In this document: piece by piece, positions 30,345 to 38,620 of the stretch | Numbering within the stretch: the first letter of the stretch is position 1 | Layout of the letters: each line of letters opens with the position of its first letter | NCBI GenBank assembly: GCA_963812135.1 | Contig: CAWETU010000001.1 | Coordinates: 800,001 to 864,000, forward strand | DNA: 64,000 nt | Direction: 5' to 3' | Source: Vulcanimicrobiota bacterium | GTDB lineage: Bacteria; Vulcanimicrobiota; Vulcanimicrobiia; Eremiobacterales; Eremiobacteraceae | Made by a program: the position numbers and the translations under genes | The notes under the pieces: model-generated | The model's database searches: none | What the model was told of the DNA's origin: nothing | What the model saw: the letters and a program-made list of their open reading frames with translations, nothing else

Positions 30345-30690
30345 TCACACCTTCCGTCGCTGCGCGATCGATGGAGAACGCCGCGATGAGCGTCGCACTG
30401 ACTGTTGGGTGGTCGATGTCGGCGCCGAGCAGCGCGCGCACGCGATCGAGCCGGTAGCGCACGCTATTGCGGTGCAAGAAGAGCGCGTCCGCCGTGATCG
30501 AGACGCTTGCGCCGCATGCGTAATACGCCCGCAGGGTCTTCTCGAGATCGCTGCCGCGCTCGGCATCGGCGCGCCGCAGCGCGAGCAAGAGCCGCCGGCA
30601 CGCATCCACCACGTCAGGGTCGCGCGCCGCAGCCGCCGCGGCGCGTTCGAGCACCTCGTGCGGGTCATGCAGGCGGCGCGGGGCGTCCAT
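30322..30690 (-). CDS. Short PucR/CdaR-type HTH protein
   Basis: DLEKTLRAYY...TADALFLHRNSVRYRLDRVRALLG PucR C-terminal HTH; no sensor domain. Confidence 0.8.
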   Translation of the reverse strand: MDAPRRLHDPHEVLERAAAAAARDPDVVDACRRLLLALRRADAERGSDLEKTLRAYYACGASVSITADALFLHRNSVRYRLDRVRALLGADIDHPTVSATLIAAFSIDRAATEGVNEAQRAE

Positions 30691-30742
30691 ACGACAAAAG
30701 GTTGCGCGCGCGGAGGGCGGGCCCCTACGTGCCGGGGAAAGA

Positions 30743-32209
30743 GTGCTCCCCGTGGCCAGTAACCTCAAGATAGGGTTCTCATCAATCGTGCGCATCGAGG
30801 CGCCCACGACGATCGGCACGTTCGCGCATATCGCGTCCGCCATCGCGGATGCCGGTGGGCGCATCGGTGCGGTCGACGTGAGCCGTGTCGGCATGAAGCG
30901 TGCGATCCGCGACATCAGCATCGACGTCGCCGATGAGGACCACCTGCACAAGGTGGTCGACGCGATCTCGCGGATCGACGGCGTGCGCGTCATGCACCTC
31001 ACCGATCGCACGTTCCTCGCGCACCTCGGCGGCAAGATCGAGGTCAATCCGAAGATCCCCGTGACCAATCGCGAGATACTCTCGCGCGTCTACACGCCGG
31101 GCGTCGCGCGCGTGAGCCTCGCGCTCGCCGAAGATCCGTCGAAGGCATACAGCCTCACCGTCAAGCGCAATATGGTCGCGATCGTCTCGGACGGCACCGC
31201 GGTGCTCGGGTTGGGTGACGTCGGGCCGTACGCCGCCCTGCCGGTGATGGAAGGCAAGGCGATGCTGTTCAAGCAGTTCGCCGGCGTGGACGCTTTCCCG
31301 ATCTGCCTGTCGACCACCGACCCGGATGAGATCGTGAAGACAGTCATCAACATCTCGCCGGTGTTCGGCGGCATCAACCTCGAAGACATCTCGTCGCCGC
31401 GCTGCTTCGAGATCGAACGGCGCTTGAGCGAGGCGCTGGAGATGCCCGTCATGCACGACGATCAGCATGGCACGGCGATCGTGATCCTCGCGGCGCTGAT
31501 CAACGCGCTCAAAGTTGTGCACAAAAAGATCGAAGACGTGCGCATCGTCATCAACGGCATCGGCGCGGCCGGCTCCGCGTGCGCGAAGATCTTGATCTCC
31601 GCGGGCGCCGGCGACGTCATCGGCGTCGATCGCAACGGCGCGCTGGTCGCGGGCCGCGATTATTCCGGCAACGCGATGCAGCAATGGGTCGCAGAGCATA
31701 GCAACAAGCAACGCCGTTCCGGCCCGCTCAGCGAGGTGCTCAAAGGCGCCGACGTCTTCATCGGGCTGTCGATGCCGAACATCGTCAGCGTCGAGGATCT
31801 GCAGCGCATGGCGAAAGATCCGATCGTGTTCGCGATGGCCAATCCTTTGCCGGAGATCGCGCCCGATATCGCGGAGCCGTATGTCGCGGTCATGGGCACA
31901 GGCCGCTCCGACTATCCGAACCAGATCAACAATCTGCTCGCATTTCCCGGTGTGTTCCGCGGCGCGCTCGACGCGCGCGCGCGCTGCATCAACGAACCCA
32001 TGAAGCTTGCGGCGGCGCACGCGATCGCGTCGGTGATCGCGCCCGATGAACTTTCATCTGAATACATCATCCCAAGCGTGTTCGACACACGCGTCGTCGA
32101 AGCGGTGAGCAAAGCGGTGGTCAACGCCGCCTTCGACTCGGGCGTCGCGCGCAAGGCGCCGTCGGGCGAGGAGATCGAGGCGGAACAGCGCCCGCATGCG
32201 CATCTCTAA
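30743..32209 (+). CDS. NAD(P)-dependent malic enzyme with N-terminal ACT domain
   Basis: VYTPGVA, DGTAVLGLGD, PVMEGKAMLFK, INLEDI, HDDQHGTA, GRSDYPNQINN. Confidence 0.93.
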   Translation: MLPVASNLKIGFSSIVRIEAPTTIGTFAHIASAIADAGGRIGAVDVSRVGMKRAIRDISIDVADEDHLHKVVDAISRIDGVRVMHLTDRTFLAHLGGKIEVNPKIPVTNREILSRVYTPGVARVSLALAEDPSKAYSLTVKRNMVAIVSDGTAVLGLGDVGPYAALPVMEGKAMLFKQFAGVDAFPICLSTTDPDEIVKTVINISPVFGGINLEDISSPRCFEIERRLSEALEMPVMHDDQHGTAIVILAALINALKVVHKKIEDVRIVINGIGAAGSACAKILISAGAGDVIGVDRNGALVAGRDYSGNAMQQWVAEHSNKQRRSGPLSEVLKGADVFIGLSMPNIVSVEDLQRMAKDPIVFAMANPLPEIAPDIAEPYVAVMGTGRSDYPNQINNLLAFPGVFRGALDARARCINEPMKLAAAHAIASVIAPDELSSEYIIPSVFDTRVVEAVSKAVVNAAFDSGVARKAPSGEEIEAEQRPHAHL

Positions 32210-32239
32210 GAGGAAGAGCGCCGCCGGGGAGTAACCGAT

Positions 32240-33262
32240 ATGGCTATGAAAAGCGAGCCTCGCATCCGCGCGGCGTTGCCCGATGGGCTGACGCCGGACA
32301 AATTGCGCGAGATGTACTCGAAGATGGTGCTGACGCGGCTGTGCGACGATCGCGCGTTCGCGCTCAACCGCCAAGGCAAGATCCCGTTCGCCGCGACGTG
32401 CCAGGGCCACGAGGCGGTCCAGGTCGGCGCTGCGTATGCGCTGCGCCGCGGCACCGACTGGCTCGTTCCGTATTACCGTGACACGTGTCTGGCGCTCGCG
32501 TCGGGCGTCACCGCCAAAGAGCAACTCATGTGCCTGTTCGCCCGCAAAGCCGACATCTTCTCGAGCGGCCGCCAATTCCCGAACCACTACAGCGTGCCGG
32601 ATCGCAACATCGCGAGCATCTCGAGCATCATCGCCGCGCACGTGACGCACGGCGTCGGCATGGCGTTGGCGTTCCAGATGCGCAAAGAACCGGCGGTCGT
32701 GCTCATCACGTTCGGCGAAGGGTCGACGAGCGAAGGCGAGTGGCATGAGGCGCTCAACTTCGCGAGCGTGCATAAGGTGCCGTGCGTGTTCCTGTGCGAG
32801 AACAACGAATACGCGATTTCGGTGCCGCAGAAGATGCAGATGGCGATCCAAAACGTGGCGGACCGCGCCGCCGGCTACGGCATGCCGGGCGTGATCTGCG
32901 ACGGCACCGATCCGGTCGTCACGTATTCGTGCGTCCACGAGGCCATCGAACGCGCGCGGCGCGGCGACGGGCCGACGTTGGTCGAGGCCAAGTGCTATCG
33001 CGCCATGTCGCACACCTCCGACGACAACCAGCTCACATATCGCACGCCGGAAGAGATCGAAGCCGTCAAGGCGCGCGATCCAATCCCCAAGTTCGAGTCC
33101 TGGCTGAAGGATCGCGGGCTGGCTGACGACGCTTTCTTCGAACAGACGCGCGCAGCGGCGCAGAAAGAAGTCGACGAAGCCACGGATTGGGCCGAAGCGC
33201 AGCCGCCGCCCACTGAGGCCGATCTGTACACGCACGTCTACGCGTCGGGGCCGTTGTCCTGA
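32240..33262 (+). CDS. 2-oxoacid dehydrogenase E1 alpha (branched-chain type likely)
   Basis: QGHEA, PYYRD, TPP motif GEGSTSEG...ENNEYAIS, HTSDD. Confidence 0.9.
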   Translation: MAMKSEPRIRAALPDGLTPDKLREMYSKMVLTRLCDDRAFALNRQGKIPFAATCQGHEAVQVGAAYALRRGTDWLVPYYRDTCLALASGVTAKEQLMCLFARKADIFSSGRQFPNHYSVPDRNIASISSIIAAHVTHGVGMALAFQMRKEPAVVLITFGEGSTSEGEWHEALNFASVHKVPCVFLCENNEYAISVPQKMQMAIQNVADRAAGYGMPGVICDGTDPVVTYSCVHEAIERARRGDGPTLVEAKCYRAMSHTSDDNQLTYRTPEEIEAVKARDPIPKFESWLKDRGLADDAFFEQTRAAAQKEVDEATDWAEAQPPPTEADLYTHVYASGPLS

Positions 33263-34245
33263 TGCCGACCAAGACCGTGCTCGAAGGCGTCCGCGACGCC
33301 ATGTACAACGAGATGGTGCGCGACGAGCGCGTCTTCATCATGGGCGAAGACGTGGGCTCGCGAGGCAACGTCTTTCTCATCACGCAAGGCTTTCTCGACA
33401 AGTTCGGCCGCCAGCGCGTCATCGACACGCCGCTTGCCGAGGCGTCGATCGTCGGCGTCGCGATCGGCGCCGCGATGGCCGGCATGCGGCCCATCGCGGA
33501 GATCCAGTTCGCCGATTTTATCTATCCCGCGTACAACCAGATCGTCGGCGAAGCGGCGAAGATCCGCTATCGCAGCGCGGGCGGCAACACGTGTCCGCTC
33601 GTCATCCGCACGCCATACGGCGGCGGCGTGCGCGGCGCGCTCTCGCATTCGGTCAGCGTCGAGGCGCTGTTCTACCACGTGCCAGGTTTGAAGATCGTCG
33701 TGCCGTCGACGCCCGCGGACGCGCAGGGACTGCTTACCAGCGCCATCCGCGACGAAGATCCCGTGATGGTGTTAGAGCACAAGCGCACGTATCGCTTGAT
33801 CAAAGGCGAGGTTCCCGAAGGCGAATTCACGGTGCCCATCGGCAAAGCTGCGGTTGCCCGCGAAGGCAAGGACCTCTCGGTCATCACCTACGGGCTGATG
33901 CGGCACTTCGCGCTGGAGGCGGCCGAGAAGCTCGCCGCCGAGGGCATCGACGCGGAAATTGTGGACTTGCGTTCGATTCGGCCGATGGATAGAGAGACGA
34001 TTCTGGCGAGCGTCACCAAGACGCGGCGCGCGATGATCGTCCACGAAGACAACAAATTCGGCGGGGTGGGCGCGGAGATCGCCGCGATCATCGCCGAGGA
34101 AGCGCTCTTCGAGCTCGATGCGCCGGTCCGGCGCGTCGCAGGCCCGGACGTTCCGGCGATGGGCTACGCGAAAGAGTACGAGGAGGCGTTCATGCCCAGC
34201 CCGGATCGCATCGCGAAAGAGATGCGCGAGCTCGCCGCCTACTAG
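33262..34245 (+). CDS. 2-oxoacid dehydrogenase E1 beta
   Basis: GEDVG, DTPLAE, EIQFADF, HSVSVE, PGLKIV. Confidence 0.92.
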   Translation: MPTKTVLEGVRDAMYNEMVRDERVFIMGEDVGSRGNVFLITQGFLDKFGRQRVIDTPLAEASIVGVAIGAAMAGMRPIAEIQFADFIYPAYNQIVGEAAKIRYRSAGGNTCPLVIRTPYGGGVRGALSHSVSVEALFYHVPGLKIVVPSTPADAQGLLTSAIRDEDPVMVLEHKRTYRLIKGEVPEGEFTVPIGKAAVAREGKDLSVITYGLMRHFALEAAEKLAAEGIDAEIVDLRSIRPMDRETILASVTKTRRAMIVHEDNKFGGVGAEIAAIIAEEALFELDAPVRRVAGPDVPAMGYAKEYEEAFMPSPDRIAKEMRELAAY

Positions 34246-34273
34246 ATGACCGGGGACCGCGAGGGATAGCGTC

Positions 34274-35761
34274 GTGCCACAAGTGTTCATGCCGCAGCTC
34301 GGCGAGACGGTGACAGAAGGCACCGTCGGCCGTTGGCTCAAGAAACCTGGCGAACCGGTCGCCAAGTACGAGCCGCTGCTCGAAGTCGAGACGGACAAGG
34401 TCGCCTCGGAGATCCCGTCGCCGTTCGCCGGCACGTTGTCCGCGATTCTTGCCGAAGAAGGCACCACGGTGCCGGTCGGCGCGCCTGTGTGCGAGATCCT
34501 CGCCGCCGGCGAAGCGCCGAGCGCGACATCAGTTACCGCATCGGCGCCGCCAGAGCTCGAACCGTCGCCATCACCAGCGCAGGCACCGGTACCGCCGGCG
34601 GTTGCGAACGCGGCTGAAGAAAACATCGAGTCCGTCGCGCCCTCCGCCGCCGCCCCAGCCGATACAGCGGCCGCCGGCAACGGCGCGCGCCACTCGCCTG
34701 CGGTGCGCCGGCTCGCGCGGATGCATCACATCGATCTCTCCGGCGTCGCCGGCTCCGGGCGCGGCGGGCGCTTGACCGCGCGCGACGTGATCGCGCACGT
34801 CGAATCTGGAGCGGCGAAGACCGCGGCAAGCGTTGCGCCGCCAGCCGCGGCGAAACCACAACCGGCGCCGCAACCATCGGCGCCGCCGCAACCGCCGGCC
34901 CTAACGCCATCGCCGGTGACCGCTGTCGCAAAAACAGCACCGCCGTCGCTGGTCCCACCGCAAACCGCCGGAGCATCGCACGCGCCGGCGGCACCCGCCG
35001 CAACACCCGCTGCAGCCGGCACGCCGATCAAAGTGGCCGCCGCGTCGGTGCAGCCGTTGCCGATCGCGCCTCCAGGTCCGGACGATGTCGTCATCCGTCT
35101 GTCGCAGATGCGCAAGACGATCGCCGATCGGATGGTGTTGTCGAAGACGACGATTCCGCATGCATGGTCGATGGTCGAAGCCGACGTCACGAACCTCGTC
35201 AAATGGCGCACGAAAGAGAAGGACGCGTTCAAGGCCCGCGAGGGCGTGTCGCTGACATATCTGCCGATCGTCATCCAGGCCGTGTGTGCCGCGATCCGCG
35301 AGTACCCGATGGTCAACGCCACCTGGGCCGGCGACTCGATCATCCAACGGCGCCATATCAACGTCGGCGTCGCGGTGGACATCGAGGACGGGCTCATCGT
35401 GCCCGTCGTCAAAGACGCCGACCGCTACAGCATGGCCGGGCTTGCGACGACCATCAACGAGCTCGTCTCACGGGCCCGGTCACGCAAGCTGACGATGGAC
35501 GACCTTTCAGACGGCACCATCACCGTCGACAATACCGGAAGCCTGGGCAGCATCGCGTCGGTGCCGATCATCAATCCGCCGCAGGCCGCTATCATCACGA
35601 CTGAAGCCATTGTGCGGCGTCCGTGGGTGGTCGAGGACGCGATCGCCATCCGCCATATCATGAACCTTTGCTTGTGCCTAGACCACCGGGTGCTCGACGG
35701 TGCAGTGGCGTCCCATTTCCTGCAAGCGGTCAAAAAACGGCTCGAAACCTTCTCGGCCTGA
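34274..35761 (+). CDS. Dihydrolipoamide acyltransferase (E2)
   Basis: Lipoyl motif ETDKV, E3-binding SPAVRRLA, Ala/Pro linkers, catalytic DHRVLDG. Confidence 0.93.
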   Translation: MPQVFMPQLGETVTEGTVGRWLKKPGEPVAKYEPLLEVETDKVASEIPSPFAGTLSAILAEEGTTVPVGAPVCEILAAGEAPSATSVTASAPPELEPSPSPAQAPVPPAVANAAEENIESVAPSAAAPADTAAAGNGARHSPAVRRLARMHHIDLSGVAGSGRGGRLTARDVIAHVESGAAKTAASVAPPAAAKPQPAPQPSAPPQPPALTPSPVTAVAKTAPPSLVPPQTAGASHAPAAPAATPAAAGTPIKVAAASVQPLPIAPPGPDDVVIRLSQMRKTIADRMVLSKTTIPHAWSMVEADVTNLVKWRTKEKDAFKAREGVSLTYLPIVIQAVCAAIREYPMVNATWAGDSIIQRRHINVGVAVDIEDGLIVPVVKDADRYSMAGLATTINELVSRARSRKLTMDDLSDGTITVDNTGSLGSIASVPIINPPQAAIITTEAIVRRPWVVEDAIAIRHIMNLCLCLDHRVLDGAVASHFLQAVKKRLETFSA

Positions 35762-35886
35762 CCCGATTTTGGGGGCAGGTTCCACGGGGCAGGGACGCTC
35801 GGGCCCTGGGCGAAACAGGCGCGGGGTAGTCAATCGCAAAGTTGCCCTTTGCGACCATCTCTCGCATCCTTGAGGAAAGGACCTCT

Positions 35887-36801
35887 ATGCGGATGAGCTT
35901 CTCACGTTTCGCCGCTATTGGTGCTTCGCTTGTGGCCGGGGTAACTTTGGCGTCCTGTGCCGGCAGCAGTGCTCCGATACCGGGAACGGGTCCGAATCAG
36001 TCTGTCATCAACTTCCCGGGCGGCTCAGGCCGTGTCGAGTTCGTCATGGGATCGCCGCAATTGAATCTTGGAGTGACGAACGCTGATCTGTACATCGACA
36101 ATCAGCTCGCGTTCCCCAATTTCTTCTATCCGTATAGCGCTCCGTCACCCGCCACGAGCGGTCCCACTGTCATCGGCCCTGTGACGCCGTTCATCGAGCT
36201 GCCGTTCGGCGTGCATGACTTCAAACTCGTGCAGCATGGAACGTTGGCTCCGACGTTCCTCGATCAGACGATCACCATCAAAGCGAACACGAAGTATATG
36301 CTCGTCGCTGAAGGCGACGCCGGGTTCCACACCACGACGTGGGGCGTGTTCATCCTGCCGACGTACAGCACCGCGAATGGGTCGATCGCGATCAGCTATC
36401 TCAACGCGTCGCCCAAGGCCGGTACGACGGATTTCTGGTACAACTGCCCAGTCCCCGGACCGGCGTGCAGAACAAAAATCAACAGTGCCGGGGTAACGGT
36501 CGGGTCGAATGCAGCGGCGACATCGTCGTGGAAGACCAACGTCATTCTCTTCCCGTCGACCAACAACGCGTACTGCTTCGCGGCGTACGTCGTAAGCACG
36601 GTGACCCTCGTGCCGGGCGCGGTCAACCAGCCGGATCCAACCGGGAGTGATCCCCAAAACGCCCAGTGCCCCTCCCCTGGAGTCAACGCGGCGCCTGGAA
36701 TCAACGCTGACTTTGTGCTGATCGATGGGGCTAGCGTACCACCCCTCGTGCCGCCGGGCGGCCCGTCGTCGTTCCTGATCATACCGGACGCGAACGGCTA
36801 G
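35887..36801 (+). CDS. Lipoprotein (DUF4397-like)
   Basis: GAGGAAAGG RBS; lipobox TLASC; YLNASP motif. Confidence 0.7.
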   Translation: MRMSFSRFAAIGASLVAGVTLASCAGSSAPIPGTGPNQSVINFPGGSGRVEFVMGSPQLNLGVTNADLYIDNQLAFPNFFYPYSAPSPATSGPTVIGPVTPFIELPFGVHDFKLVQHGTLAPTFLDQTITIKANTKYMLVAEGDAGFHTTTWGVFILPTYSTANGSIAISYLNASPKAGTTDFWYNCPVPGPACRTKINSAGVTVGSNAAATSSWKTNVILFPSTNNAYCFAAYVVSTVTLVPGAVNQPDPTGSDPQNAQCPSPGVNAAPGINADFVLIDGASVPPLVPPGGPSSFLIIPDANG

Positions 36802-36824
36802 GCTCGCTCGATACCGACCGCGAC

Positions 36825-36856
36825 GAACGGCGCCCGAAAGGGCGCCGTTCTCTTTT
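36825..36856 (+). terminator. Intrinsic terminator
   Basis: GAACGGCGCCC-GAAA-GGGCGCCGTTC followed by TCTTTT, between convergent genes. Confidence 0.85.
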
Positions 36857-38138
36857 ACGTCAGCGCGCGGATGTCGGGCCGGCGCGCTGTGATGGCGACC
36901 GCCACGATCAACGCCACGCCGCCAAGCGCGAATGCGACCGGCAGCGAGGTGACGCTGGCGATGGATCCCAGCAGCCATGAGCCGAGCGGCATGAAGCCCA
37001 AGAATATCATCGTGTAGATCGACATGACGCGCCCGCGCATCGCGATCGGCGTGTGGGTCTGCAAGATCGTATTGGCCGTGCCGAGATAGAGCATTGCTGC
37101 GACGCCCAACGCGAGCAACACCGTCGCGGCGGACCACAACGTGTGCATGGCGCCGAGCAGCGCCAGCAAAGCGCCGGAGGCCGCGGCGCTGGCGATGAGC
37201 AGCCTGCCGCGTGGGGCGCGGCCGCCGATGAATGCGGTGGCGATCGAGCCCACGAGCGCGCCCGCGCCTGAGACCGCCAACAAGATGCCGAGCTCGCGCG
37301 CCCCTGCGCCCAGCTGGGCCTTTGAGAACGCGGGCAAGAGCTGGATGTAGGGGCGGCCGATGAGCGCTTGCAGCGCCGAGAGCACCACGACTGCGAAGAT
37401 CAGCGCGTTGGCGCGGACGTAGCGGAAGCCTTCGATCACGTCGCTCCAGATGTCCGTCTCGGGCAACGCGTTGAACGGGGGTTTGGGCTTCATGAGAAGC
37501 ACGGCGGCGTAGACCGCCATGTACGACGCCGCATTTATATAGAAGCAATCCGCAACGCCATACGCGTTGACGATGAGACCGCCGAGCGCCGGACCGATGA
37601 TCGCCGGCCCGTTGAAAGCGGCAGAATTGAGACCGATCGCGTTCATGAGCTCGCGCTTGCCGACGAGCACCGAGACCAGCGATTGGCGGGTCGGCGCCTC
37701 GAACGCGCTCGCCGCAGCTGACAGCGCGGCGATGAGCAGCACCTGCCACACCCGCACGACGCCGGTCTGCGCCAGAATGCCCAGCAGCAGGGTCAGGAGG
37801 CCGAGCAGCAGCTCGCAGACGGCGAGGATGCGCCGGCGGTCTCGCCGGTCCGCGAGTGCGCCGGCGACGCCGGACAACGCGAAGACCGGGATCGCGCGGG
37901 CGAAGCCGACCAGCCCGAGATACAACGATGCCAATGATGCGTTGGGGGCGAGTTGGACCACGAGCCAGCCCTGGGCCAGGATGGCCATCCAGCCGCCCGT
38001 GTTGGAGACGAGCAGGCCGAACCACAGGAGCCGGAACTCGCGGTAAGCGAGGGCGCCAAAGCGCGTGCGCGCGTGGGGGCTGGGCTGATCGTCGAGCGCT
38101 TCTTGCGACGCGGAGGCTTCTTCGAATGAGGAGGGCAC
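36855..38138 (-). CDS. MFS transporter (DHA3/MFS_3 exporter-like)
   Basis: ~12 TM; FRLLW, GALADRRDRRR motif A, GPALGG, MRGRVMS. Confidence 0.92.
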   Translation of the reverse strand: MPSSFEEASASQEALDDQPSPHARTRFGALAYREFRLLWFGLLVSNTGGWMAILAQGWLVVQLAPNASLASLYLGLVGFARAIPVFALSGVAGALADRRDRRRILAVCELLLGLLTLLLGILAQTGVVRVWQVLLIAALSAAASAFEAPTRQSLVSVLVGKRELMNAIGLNSAAFNGPAIIGPALGGLIVNAYGVADCFYINAASYMAVYAAVLLMKPKPPFNALPETDIWSDVIEGFRYVRANALIFAVVVLSALQALIGRPYIQLLPAFSKAQLGAGARELGILLAVSGAGALVGSIATAFIGGRAPRGRLLIASAAASGALLALLGAMHTLWSAATVLLALGVAAMLYLGTANTILQTHTPIAMRGRVMSIYTMIFLGFMPLGSWLLGSIASVTSLPVAFALGGVALIVAVAITARRPDIRALT

Positions 38139-38188
38139 GTCATCGGCATTTCGCGCGACGGCACGTCAAGTCCGGTCAACAAATTCGA

Positions 38189-38213
38189 CGGTCGAGTAAA
38201 CTCGACCGCCACA
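38189..38213. repeat. REP family A variant with a compensatory base change
   Basis: Minus strand TGTGGCGGTCGAGT-TT-ACTCGACCG versus consensus GAAT..ATTC. Confidence 0.7.
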
Positions 38214-38248
38214 AAACAGTAACGACCGGGCGTGAGCCCGGTCGTAAC
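38210..38248 (-). terminator. Probable intrinsic terminator of the candidate ncRNA
   Basis: ACGACCGGGC-TCAC-GCCCGGTCGT stem followed by TACTGTTTTGT on the minus strand. Confidence 0.65.
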
Positions 38249-38467
38249 TGGTCTGGTCGATGGCGCTGAAGCCTCATTTTCGGACTGGTCAACGGCCGTT
38301 GCCGGTCCGCTTACTTTGGCTTTACTGGGACGCGATCCCCAGGTCCATCACTAGGCGTGAGCCTAGTCCCCAACGGCAGGGGTACCATTCCCGAGGAGCT
38401 CAGCTCTGTGCGATTGCACTCGCACCATCCGTTGTTGCTTCGCTTCCCCGGCACCGCGGTCGGTGTA
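38213..38467 (-). ncRNA. Candidate ~250-nt structured non-coding RNA, family not recognised
   Basis: Bounded by a sigma70 promoter and a terminator; long-range closing helices, A-rich internal bubble, several hairpins; no credible ORF. Confidence 0.6.
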
Positions 38468-38472
38468 GTGGC

Positions 38473-38501
38473 AGTATACAATCCAATGTTAATGGATACA
38501 A
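38473..38501 (-). promoter_or_regulatory. Sigma70-type promoter
   Basis: TTGTAT (38501-38496)-N17-TATACT (38478-38473), with an AT-rich tract upstream. Confidence 0.75.
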
Positions 38502-38531
38502 GCCGAACGACTGTTCCTTTTGCAATTAAAT

Positions 38532-38582
38532 TGTGGATAAGCGACCATTTGCGGAACTTTGTTGTGGACGAGTTGTGGATAA
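38532..38582. promoter_or_regulatory. DnaA-box cluster
   Basis: Perfect TGTGGATAA (=TTATCCACA) at 38532-38540 and 38574-38582; 7/9 TGTGGACGA at 38563-38571; all co-oriented in an AT-rich intergenic region. Confidence 0.75.
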
Positions 38583-38620
38583 GCTGTTTGAAAGAGCGCG
38601 CGCTGGGCTGAAGCGAATGA

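Noticed and set aside
34500..35080. Low-complexity GC-rich repeats in the E2 gene
   Set aside because: Normal Ala/Pro-rich linkers of dihydrolipoamide acyltransferases
38213..38467. RNase P, tmRNA, SRP or raiA identity for the structured RNA
   Set aside because: GAGGAAAGUCC/P4, tRNA-like ends with a tag ORF and the SRP GGAAGGAAGCAGC motif were not found, nor any similarity to raiA by eye; an Rfam scan is still needed
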